64,000 nucleotides of DNA, taken from the NCBI GenBank assembly GCA_965113315.1, contig OZ220369.1, one strand, 5' to 3'. A program made the translations under genes and the position numbers. Below the pieces are notes generated by a model. That model was not told where the DNA came from. It did not search any database and saw only the letters and a list, made by a program, of their open reading frames with translations. Shown one piece after another: positions 1-10,337 of the stretch; the stretch's first letter is position 1, and each line of letters begins with the position of its first letter. This stretch comes from Podarcis vaucheri. Its lineage: Eukaryota.

Positions 1-827
1 TCTGTTGTGGGGGGTGGGCAGTGGAAAGAGAGAAAGACAGCTCCTTCAAAGAGAAAGACAGCTCTTCAGGTGAAAGGACTTACACTCCTTTTCTATGGGA
101 ACAAATTGGTTACGTTTAGACTTAATGCTAAGCTAAGGTTTCTAATGAGTAGCCACATTTAGTTGGAAACAGAAGTAAAAGCTTCCAGTCTTCACATTGG
201 AAGCTTTCAGTTTTGTTTTCCAACTAGCAGAAGCCATGGTTTTCACTATGGTTTAAGAAAACAAGCCACCTTCAAACTGTGGTTAGTGCTAACCATAGTT
301 TAGGGTAAGGCCAGTATGTGTGTGTTTCTGTGTGGTTGCAGCATTCAGCAATGCAGTTTCCCTCTCACCCAGGAGGAATTTTAGCCCCAAAGATCATTTC
401 CGAGGAAAAGGCTACCACAAGCTGATTTTCCCTCTCACACTCCCCACTTCATGTTGAAAAAAATCACAAATTACCTAGGCCCTGAAAGGCTAAAAAACAA
501 CTTCAACCCCCAGACCATGTTAGTGATATCAGAAGACCATTTTATCATGCTTAGAAATGATTATGTGACTCTGTCTAGTCAAGGGGCAGAGGACCTGAAG
601 CTCACCTGAGGTCTAGGACTCCAACTCCCATAAACCCTAGCCATTATCGTGAATGGTCAGGGGTGATGGAAGTTGTAGTTCAGCAATATCTAATAAGCCA
701 AAGGTTTGTGACCTCTGATCTATTAGTACAGACTGGAGACAAAAGATTACTTATCTTTTGGGAAAGTAGGAAAACCTTGGCAGGGGTGAAGGAAGGGAGG
801 GGGGAATCCAAGGAGCTAATTACTAAC

Positions 828-992
828 CAGGGCAGAGAGCGATATTGCAGGATTTATTCTGCACCTCAGGCCCCTTGCAGGCCTTTCCGCCGTGCTGTGG
901 AGCAACGCATTGCCGCATTCTGGTCCGCGACCCTTGCCCACAAGTCATCGAGCACAGACTCCAGGGGGACCAATCCTCCCATAGGCCGTGAA
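828..992 (-). CDS. ADGRB2: ADGRB2 exon encoding thrombospondin type-1 repeat 2
   Basis: [55 protein letters not shown]. 165 nt, acceptor gtgttgcag|, donor CCTG|gttagt, phase 1-1. Confidence 0.96.
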
Positions 993-3956
993 CTGCAACA
1001 CAGCACACAGCAATCATGGCTGGGCCTCCATTTCAGCCAGGGAGGGGAAAGGCATGGGCTTGGGAGTAGCAGGGCAGGAAAGGCGTATCGGGGGTACAAA
1101 GAAGGTTTGCACAGGGTCAGTGGAGGAAAAATGAAACAGAAAAAAGGAGTAGTGCTTCGCCCTATCTTCTGAGGATAGAACGCAAAGCAGCTGGTCTGAG
1201 ACGCGGGGTGCAGAGGTACAGGCACATGACTATGAGTAGCTTTCTACTTATAAGGCTTAACATTATGAAGATCTTTCTGCTTATATATCATTGCAAGAAA
1301 GGCTGGTGAATTAGATGATCTGACAAATCCCATTCAATGCTGGTGTCTTGTTTTGTTTTTGCTTTTTTGAACCCATTACAGTGAATACCCAAAATGTTGC
1401 CTGAGGGAATTCAGGAGTGGATTCAACCAGGAACCCCAATTTCAATTCCCAACATCTCCACATTGGGCTGGGAAAGATCCCTGACTGAAACCCTAGAATG
1501 CCAATACTTGGTTGTAGAAACCAGTGTGTGACTGGGTAAAAAGGAAGTTATCTTTTCCCTAAGGCAACAACCCAACTCTGGCCAAAGGAAGGACTGCAAA
1601 GAGACAAGTACACCAGCCAAGGAAACCTCTCATTCAGCCAGAGTGCACCATGTGACATTGCCTGACCTTATAAAAGCTGCCAGATCAAACTAATTTATCG
1701 GCTTGGGCAAATAGAGTTCAAAGCTGCTCCAGTGTTTCTGTGTGAGACTCTTGTCCAGCCCTCTCCCTGGATCTCTAACCATTTCAAGAAATGCTTCTCA
1801 TCTTAAATGTATCCATGGAATATCCAAACTGTATGAAGTTTCAATGCTAGTCAGTCCTAGTTGACAAGGTCCAGTTGATCAGAACCCATATTTGCTAGTC
1901 TGTCTACTGAGTTTCTCTAGCAAGTCTATCCAAATGGGAGATGTGGCCAAGGTGACATCATTCTCTGTGGCAGCTCCTAAGTTGTGGAATTCCCATCCCC
2001 ACAAAGGTGTGCTTGACACCTTCATTGCTTCATTGTGCAGCTTCTGTCACATATGGAAGACACACCTCTTTGCCCTGGTTTTTGAAATTTGAGATCTTAT
2101 GTGCCAGGTACATAACCCCTGAGTGCTTCAGCCCCCCAGCATTCCCCATGAAGGGGTCAGGTATCCACAATTTTTTTGTGCCAGGGTCGTATGCATCCAA
2201 CGTCAGCACGTCCAATGTCAGCACATCCACTGATGTCTGTGTGTGATGTCAGCATGCTGCAGGGGCATGCTGATATCAGGTGCACACGTTGGTGGGCTTG
2301 CTAACATTGGGCATGCATGTACGCCCATGGCATGCATGACCCTAGGCACCCACAGTCCTGGGTCCAAGCTGGCAGGCCTGCTTGAGCTATATAGTGATCC
2401 AAACTGGCTGTGATTGAAATTTGTTTCAAACTTTTTTTAATCTTGTATTTTACATTGCTATGACCCACCCCGGAACCTTCTGGTGAAGAGCATGTAATAA
2501 TAATTCTGATAAATAAGTAAGAGATACGTTGTCTCTATTATGTGCTAGGAAACATCTTTCCCAAGGCATTTAGTTGCCTAGTGTCAGAAGGCAGAATGCT
2601 GAATTATCTGGACTTTCCACCTGCCCACAAAGACAGTTTTTATCTTCTGTCGCATTCCCCCAAAGTCAAATCAGTGCTCTGTCATTTCAAGAGAGCAGCA
2701 GAATCCCCATTACTGAAAAATAGAATACATTTTGCTTCCCCTCCTTCCCTGTTATGAAAGTGCACAGCTACATAAACAGACATCGGAGCTTTATTACGCC
2801 CTCCGTTCTGCTGTCTAGTCCAGCCTGGGTGGAAAGAGGAACAGACAGGCAGTCAAACTCTGTTCTAAAAATGGTCGGCATACATCACGAGCACATCCTC
2901 TTCTTGATTTAAGCTTTGCAGAGAGCTGGCTAGAAGTGTTCAGTTTTTTAAAATGCAACTGGAATTTATCTGCTCTAAAAGAAACTGAAATCTGAAGTGT
3001 TCTACCTTTCAGGGATAACATTGCAAGATTGACAAAAATATAAATTTGGCTTTTTTAAAAAAGCTGGCAAAATTAAATCTTTTTTGAGCATAATTGGGTG
3101 AAGCATGACAACAAGAAATGTACCAGAAAATGAACCTCTCTACACTTCTGTAGCAGGCTAGATTGTTGTACAATTAAGCAAATTGTGCATGCAATGTGCA
3201 ACAATTATCCAGATCTGCATAAATGTATAATACAGCCTGTGCTTTTGAATGGGGACAAGCATGATGTGGAATTAAGGCAGTTGCACATGCAATCCATGAC
3301 AGATACTCCTGTCTGCATTCATTTATGCTCCAGTTGATACTTATGAATGAATGTGGGGGTGATGCACAACGAAAATAAGCTCAGTACTAAAGCACATCCT
3401 TTGCATTCAGAAGGTGTCAAGTTCAACCCTTGATGGCATCTCTGGGTAGGCCCGGGAAAGACTCCTGCATGAAACCCTGGAGAGCCATTGCCACTCAGTG
3501 TAGAATAGCTTTTCCCAAGTTGGTGCCCTCCAGATGTTTTGCACTACCACTTTCATCAGCCCCAGTCAGCACGGCAATAGTCAGGGACGGTGGAGGCTGT
3601 AGGGGACATTTAGAGGACACCATGCTGGGGAAGGCTGGTGCAAATAATACTGAGCTACAAGGGCCAGTGTGACTTAAGGCAGCTTCCTATGTGTATGCAA
3701 TGAGTGACAATGATTCATATATGCACTGCTGCTTTTGCTCCTGAATGGACAGCATAATGCCTGCAGTTGGCTGCCACCAGGGGATGGTGGGTTTCACCTG
3801 CCTTGCCCCACACGCTTCATAAGGCGATTGCTTTATGGATATTCTAGCTTAGCCTATTAGTGAGCTGTACGCTTGCTTAAATGTTAATATATGTTAAATG
3901 AATGGTTAATTGTTGATTATTATTGTTGCAAGTTTTTTTTTGGGGGGGGGAGTTAG

Positions 3957-4438
3957 GTTGTATGCCTGCATCCCATCTAATTCCTGAATCCAGCAAGGGT
4001 TAAAATCTAATGGCAGATTCAGTTCTTGAAATAGCCAGGCCAGCTTCTTGGTAATGGTCCTAAGTATGGGTCGCAGGAGGCAAATGGGTCAGCCCACTCC
4101 TGATGGGCCCCCTCCCTCACCTGGCTATAGAAGCGAGAAAGACAAAAGGTATAGCTGAGCATGTGAGCTGGGCTAGAAGCAGGCTGTAGGCAGAACCATG
4201 AGAAGGAAAGCCATTCTGGATTTCTACTTGGATCCAAGGCTGTGATGATTGGAGAAGCAAAACCTTCTGGGGTGTTGACGCCCTCCATCATAGGCTCAGG
4301 TTGTATATATTTGTAAATAAACCATCATAAAGACACCACAGTCTCCGTTGTCCCTCATTCAAAGGAAACTGAACCCTTGGTAAGTGCCTGGAACCCCTGG
4401 AATCTTGCGCCGCTTGGAGATTGAGGTGGTGTACAACA
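3957..4438 (+). mobile_element. Probable solo LTR
   Basis: Ends ...GTACAACA with an internal AATAAA. Its 3' part (aaagacaccacagtctcc...ggaacccctggaatcttgc) recurs reverse-complemented at about 14640-14800. Confidence 0.55.
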
Positions 4439-5010
4439 TGATTATTTTAGCAGTTATAAGTCTAATCATGCATTGTTACTGTATCATTGTATTTAGAATT
4501 AGTTTGTTCTGTGAACCACATTGAACAGAGTTGTACTTCGGGGTAATGTGGTCTATCAATAGACTGGAAATGACAACACTGACAATTGGGAATCACAACG
4601 TGGATCTGCTTTTCAAAAATAAAAAAAATGACACATCCACATTTGCTGATGACAAGCCTCTGAAATGTGTAATGCTTCTCATGTGGGAAGGAAGAAATAC
4701 CTTCCAGGGCAAAGGCACTGGTTTGCCACCCCACCCCTGTTACATAATACCAACGTGTGGTTAGAATAATAGAATGAAGGAATCCTGCCCACAGCCATCC
4801 CTGGGTGGGTTTGAACTACCAGTCCTCTGATCAACAGCCAGATGCATTAACCCATTGTGCCACTGGCGGGGGCTGGCCAAGAAAGAACGGCTCAACATCA
4901 GTGACCTACAGTGGAGGGTTCATGCACACACACTCTACATGAACAATACTTCGTGCTTGGATGCAGAAACGCCTCTGGAGCAACAACATACTAAAACTGC
5001 CCACCTGACA

Positions 5011-5440
5011 TTCTAAGAACGTAAGAATGTCAACACAGTGGCCAACCAGATGCCTGGGGGAGACCAGCAAGCATGACCTGAGCACTCTCCCTTCCTTTGG
5101 TTCCAGCAACTGGTATTCAGAAGCATTGGTGCCTCCTAATATGGCAAGTAGCTTTTGATAGCCCTCTGGTCCATGAATTTGTCTAATCCTCTTTTAAAGC
5201 CATCCAGATTGGTAACCATCACTGCTTCCTATGGGAGTGAGTTATGTAGTTTAACTATGCACTGCGTAAAGAAATACTTTCTTTTATTTCTACTGAATCG
5301 TCGAACACTCAGCTTCATTGGATGTCCATGATTTGCATGTTATGAGAGAAGGTTCACCCTCCTCCTCTACCCACTTTCTCCGTGCCTTGCATAATTTTAT
5401 AAACTTCTATCATGTCAACTCTTGCTCACCACTCTCTAAA
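5011..5440 (-). mobile_element. Old CR1-like LINE 3' fragment; related copies at about 7925-8237, 25505-25775, 42752-43145 and 46305-46585
   Basis: Shared motifs catgaatttgtctaatcctcttttaaagccatcc and ttccatagttcaactatg. The 8061-8255 ORF reads KRKCFFMQHIVELWNLL. Confidence 0.6.
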
Positions 5441-8400
5441 AGATCATTCCAGCAACTGTTCCTGATGGGATCAAGTGAGCTTTGGACTATGGTGTAATTT
5501 TAAAGCACATTCAAAGCGCCATCCTCCACTAAGAATTGTAAGCACTGCACTTTATTCCTCACAGAGTTACAATCCTACACAACCATTAACAAACTGCCCA
5601 GAATTATTGGAGGGTGGAAATGTGCTTTGAATGCATACCCAGCCAAAATTTGTGGTCCTTTTGATCTATTTTTCCAGGCCCATTTCTGCCTCTTTCCACA
5701 AGCTTTCAAAATAGAGGAAAGTAAGTGTAAATGTTAAACTGCCATCAGTTGCTACCAAACCCATGTCTCTTGGATGTGAGATCACAGCAGCCATTACAAA
5801 TAATATAAAAGAGGGAGATATTTCCCAAGATAATTTGGGTTTTGCCTTGACAGTGGATGAAGATACACAGAAAACTGATTTCCATCATCCAGTTCCTCCC
5901 AAGCTGATAACCCTTTGGAGAACACTTGAACAGCTTCCTGGTCAAACTTAATCAATGCTTCATGTATCATTAAATCCATTCACAATATCTTACATTCAGA
6001 CTTGCAGATGTTTTAATGATTGAAATTAGGAATGGAGTATGGTAGTTCATTTTCTCTTTGCAAAAACCTGGGGAAACTGTCTTTGAAGTCTGCTGCATTT
6101 TCCAAAAATTAATATTCAGCTTTGCTAATGTAACAACTAGTAGATTTTCTTTTTAATTCTGATCTCTCTGCCTTACAAGGGACCCAGGAGTTGTGCTGAT
6201 TAGCGCTCAAGACAGATATTAATAATTACTGGCTTTTAATATTTTCAAAGGGAGAGAGGACATTGTTTGGTTATACCAGCATACTTTGGGGAAACCTGAG
6301 ACCTTTTGTGACGTGCAGAAGCCAGTGTAATGGGCTTTTACAAGTAGGGAGTGATAATTGGGCTTGCTTCACATTTCAATTGTAAGCCTGTCTAATTCAC
6401 ACTTCCCATAACAATATGCAAACCAAAGCACAGCTATCTTTTGAAATTTGCACTTCTCTAAATTTTGTGATGCTGATTCCAACCCCAAAATGTATGTATT
6501 AGGGAAAATATGCATAAAATGCATATATTAGTGAAAACAATATGCAAAAATGCAGTTTCAAAAATACGTGTGTTAGGCAAAATTGCATACCAAATGTATT
6601 AGGAGAAATGTGCAGTAAGATGCTGGTGGATTTTCATAGGGACTTTTAAAAAAATTACCAAAAACACAGTTTGTTCTTCTGATCTTTTTGTTCATACACC
6701 CCCCTTTTTTCTTGGATTTGGTTAATTTCATGCCTGAGGAAACAAAGCAGCTACTTTCTAATTTCCAGCTAATCCAACGTCCATTCCTGTGTAAATTGTT
6801 CCTTGCTCCCCCCTTTTTTTTCTAATATGCCTATTGGATGCTTTTTGCTGTTCTGTGTAATTTTCTCCAGAATCTAAATATGCTTTCTGGATTGTTTATC
6901 CATTGAAAGATTCATGAGGTGAAACCTAAAAACAAGATGAGGAATTATCTTTCACCTCCAACAGGCCAACAAGAAATTCAGGGATATCTAGCCTTTGATG
7001 AGTTGAGATTAAACAGAATGATGTGGAGGGGGGAAAACAACTTTTATACAGATATATAAATATTTCTACAATGACCTCCTGAGCTCTCTCGATTCAGCTT
7101 TGTTCAGTGTTTTCATGCTGGTGTTAGATTTTTCAAGCAGATAGTGATCCATCATTGATTAGCTGTCATGGGCTCTGAATGCTAATTAATGCATTTCAAC
7201 TCTTCAACCTCCTTTAAATCAAAGATACTAAAAGCACCACAGTTTTCCAAGGCATGCAAAAGCCAGCACGACTTGAAAAGAAGAAGGAAGCCCAAGGACA
7301 CTTTCAAAAGCGTGCCTAAAGTAAATATTCTTATTTTTAAAAATGAGCATGTCAATTAAGTATGTATGTAGCACCAGAGTTCTGAAACCTGCAACTGCAG
7401 CATGTCATGCTAGAGATGGCCACTGACTCTGATGGCTTTAAAAGACAATGAGGCAAAGTAACATTAGAAGAATCTTCTGGATCAGGACAATGGTCTATCT
7501 AAGCCAGCATCCTGTTCTCACAGCAGACAACCAGATACCAGTGTTAGAAACTGAGATATGAAAGCTAAGAGCTAAATGGCTCCTTAAACCTAGGTGATGG
7601 GCACAACAATGGAATGTCTAGGCACACTTTTTAAAAACAAGAATACAAAGCTGAAAATGAATGAACTGCAGCTAAAATATTATGTTCATTTTTCACATAG
7701 TCTAGTCCTTCCCCTGCCCACCCCCCTAATATTCTTAAGAGGGTCTCTTCTCCTGTCTTCAGAGACTAACTGGAAGTGGGGAGATAGAAAAAGGTCCTCC
7801 TTTCCTTCCCCTCTGCAGTTTTAATCTGAAATTTTAGGTGCAGTGCTGTGCCCAGAGCTCAGAAACTGCTCACACTAATGAAATTCCCTGCCACAAAATG
7901 TGCCTAGAACAATGGGAGTTTCGAACACTGCCAGATACTTGTGGGAAACCCACAAGCAAGACCTGAGCAAAAGAATATTCTCCCCTCCTGCAGTTTTGAG
8001 CAACAGGTATTCAGAAAGCCTTCTGCCTATGTTCATGGAGGCAGAGCATGGCCATCATGTCTAGTAGCCATTGATAGCCTTCTCCGCCAGGAATCTGTAC
8101 AATCCTCTTTTATAGCCATCCAAACTGGTGGCCATCACTGCCTCCTGGAGTAGCAAGTTCCATAATTCAACTATGTGTTGCATGAAGAAACACTTTCTTT
8201 TAACTGTTCCAAATCTTCTACTATTCAGCTTCATTGGAGGCAAAACTGGGTGCACCAGGAACTTATCGAGGGAAGAATTTGGATCTGAAGAACTGAAACC
8301 TTCCTAGTCCCCTGGCATGCCCACCAAAATGAGGGAGGTGGGGATATATCAGCCATGCAGCTGGAATGAGCATTTATCCTCCCAGTGGAAGCAAGGAGAG

Positions 8401-9137
8401 GGAAATTGTAAAATTTCCACCAGCCGGGGGAAAAGCATTGGAAGAAGGGAAGAGAAGACTCCCACCCTCCCTTCCTGTGCCTGGCAAGGCTTTCGATATC
8501 TTTGATATCCCTTTGGCTCTTTCTCAGCCTAGAGGCAGGATGTCTCCCAGCAGTGGGGCTGCTCCTATATTCCTGGGAATGACCCACATTGAACCTCATG
8601 GGAATTGCTTCTGAGTAGGCATGTGTAGGACTGCAGTTTTGGTAATGTTTCAGGTGTGTGCGGGATGATGAAAGGCAGTTTCTAAGAATTTTTCAGGTGG
8701 GGGTGGTGATCCTTGTTCTTTTTGGATTACAACAGCAGCAAGAACAACAACAGCCTTGGCCCCACACTTTGAAGTGTGGTTTGGCTTGACTTTACTCAGC
8801 AGCTCAGTTCGATGCCAAACCACCCATTATGAAGGGAAACCCATAATTTTATATTTATTCATTTATTTATGGCTGTATTTATTGCTGAATGAAACAAAAG
8901 CAGGCTGGGGAAAAGGAGCAACAGTGCCGGGGTCAGATGTTTCACTCTTTCACCTGACAACCCCATAATCTCAAACTCACCTCCAGCTGCTGCCTAGCTT
9001 GCATTTTCCCTCACCAGGGTAAAGGCAGGGGAGGGAGGGAGAAGAGAGATTGAGAAAGAGGGGAGAGGGTTAAGCATCCCTTCCTCAGCACCACTGCCCC
9101 CAATTCAGTATCATCCTGCCTGCTTTTAAGGCAGCCA

Positions 9138-9505
9138 TGTGGGAAAATGATTGCTTGTACATAAGAGCATGAGCAGAGTTCTTATTATTGCAGAGTGATT
9201 TTACAGCACGAGATATTGTTAAGAGCATGATGAGCACGTGAACACCTCATGCTAGACTAATGATTGGCTCACGTAGCATAACACTCTCTTTGTCTGTGTG
9301 GGCAAGGGCAAGGTTGCATTCCTTTGATTGTTACTTTTGAGTACCAGGCAGAACAAGCGCAGTGCTGGAGGAGAGAGGATGATTTATTTCTTACTGCACA
9401 CAATAAACATGGCACGGCTGAAGCCAAAGCTTCTTCTTCAAGTCATCTTGGTGTGAGACTGATTTCTTACTGATTTTCTTACTGATGTCGAGCTGGTTCT
9501 CGACA
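9138..9505 (+). repeat. 5' LTR (368 bp)
   Basis: TG...CA termini, ATTGG (CCAAT box) near 9264, AATAAA at 9402-9407, directly followed by the PBS. 9421-9505 is repeated at 10232-10306. Confidence 0.88.
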
Positions 9506-9507
9506 AT

Positions 9508-9524
9508 TGGTGCCCCGTGTGAGG
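9508..9524 (+). promoter_or_regulatory. Primer binding site complementary to the 3' end of elongator tRNA-Met (second, 14-nt copy at 9564-9577)
   Basis: TGGTGCCCCGTGTGAGG is the reverse complement of CCTCACACGGGGCACCA, the recalled 3' end of vertebrate elongator tRNA-Met(CAT). It lies 2 nt after the LTR-terminal CA. Confidence 0.85.
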
Positions 9525-9669
9525 CTGATTTTCTTACTGATGTCGAACTGGATTCTCGACATTTGGTGCCCCGTGTGTTTGATTCTGGACTTCGCGACGT
9601 TACGGTCTTATCAGCGCTCATCTCGCCCGGCAAGGGTTTCAGACGCGTCCTTCATCCTTTTTTAGGATC

Positions 9670-9678
9670 CCGGTGAGT
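9670..9678 (+). promoter_or_regulatory. Retroviral major splice donor in the leader
   Basis: CCG|GTGAGT lies about 26 nt upstream of the gag ATG, the typical position. Confidence 0.6.
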
Positions 9679-9698
9679 GCTCCCTTACTTTTGCCATT

Positions 9699-10337
9699 AT
9701 GGGGCAGTCTCTCTCTCCACCACAGAAAAAGCTTTTTGAAGACCTTAAATTTCTTTTGACCAGCAACAGCCTTCTCGTCTCAGATGCTGATCTGAAGTCC
9801 CTTATAGAAGCCTTGGATACCCACTGTCCCTGGTTTCCTCAGAATGGGAATTATCATTTAAAAGACTGGGAAAAAATAGGACAATTTTTCCAAAACCATC
9901 CTCTGCTACCAAGCCAAGCTGAAAACCTGGGCAACAGGCTGCGGGAGCTGAAGGCAAGAATAAAAGACCCTCTTCCAGTCCAGCATGCTGAGCTTCAAGC
10001 CACCAAGGAACACGTCAAGAAAAAGGAGATCCTCCTTCAGAGGTGGCAGACCAAGCACGCCTTGACCTTGGCAGCCGGGGAGAAGTTACTTGACGTGGCA
10101 AACCCCGAGGCCAGAATTGCCCTACAGCTCAAGATGACGCATGTGCAAGAGACCTGGAGCAAAACCCAGCTTCAGCTGGAGAAGATCAGAAAGCAGCTTC
10201 AGCGCACCCTGCAGACGTGGGAGAGCTGCAAAAGCCAAAGCTTTTTCTTCAAGTCATCTTGGTGTGAGACTGATTTTCTTACTGATGTCGAGCTGGATTC
10301 TCGACACAGCCATCCTATGCATGCTGACTTGGAGTAA
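9699..10337 (+). CDS. Chimeric open ORF (212 aa): Gag matrix (aa 1-71) + nesprin-2-like spectrin-repeat segment (aa 72-180) + U5/flank-derived tail
   Basis: MGQSLS myristoylation motif. ...LKFLL...HCPWFPQNGNYHLKDWEKIG is the typical betaretroviral p10 matrix motif. It is followed by a helical spectrin-repeat sequence (LTLAAGEKLL, QETW, TWESC, KDPLP). Expression is unknown. Confidence 0.6.
   Translation: MGQSLSPPQKKLFEDLKFLLTSNSLLVSDADLKSLIEALDTHCPWFPQNGNYHLKDWEKIGQFFQNHPLLPSQAENLGNRLRELKARIKDPLPVQHAELQATKEHVKKKEILLQRWQTKHALTLAAGEKLLDVANPEARIALQLKMTHVQETWSKTQLQLEKIRKQLQRTLQTWESCKSQSFFFKSSWCETDFLTDVELDSRHSHPMHADLE
9912..10238 (+). pseudogene. SYNE2: Intronless, circularly permuted retrocopy of two SYNE2 (nesprin-2)-like exons
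   Basis: KKEILLQRWQTKHALTLAAGEKLL...KQLQRTLQ (65 aa) and TWESCKSQ+AENLGNRLRELKARIKDPLPVQHAELQATKEHVK (42 aa) align without gaps to recalled human nesprin-2 NKEIHFQRRRTTCALTLEAGEKLL...KQFQSTVE and TWDQCEKKIKELKSRLQVLKAQSEDPLPELHEDLHNEKELIK, but in permuted order. Confidence 0.85.
10232..10306 (+). repeat. Truncated 3' LTR (approximately U5 only)
   Basis: Near-identical to 9421-9505. No PPT, U3 or AATAAA precedes it. Confidence 0.9.

Larger units (their letters stand above)
9138..10306 (+). mobile_element. Defective betaretrovirus-like (class II ERV) provirus carrying captured host sequence
   Basis: Begins TGTGGGAA and ends TTCTCGACA. Perfect 6-bp TSD CAGCCA at 9132-9137 and 10307-10312. Order is LTR, PBS, leader with splice donor, gag matrix, captured host sequence, partial 3' LTR. 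Confidence 0.93.

Noticed and set aside
160-228. Hairpin tagttggaaac...gttttccaacta
   Set aside because: Lies in a larger degenerate palindromic repeat with motifs (aaaccatggttt-like) also seen near 33840-34100. Most likely an old MITE.
9421-9577. Short repeats with spacers superficially resembling a CRISPR array
   Set aside because: Eukaryotic context, and fully explained as U5/PBS duplication of a provirus.
9912-10238. A genuine SYNE2 or SYNE1 gene exon at this locus
   Set aside because: No flanking splice sites, fused exons, permuted order and enclosure within a TSD-bounded provirus. SYNE1 fits less well than SYNE2 on the recalled AGEKLL, TW..C and DPLP motifs.
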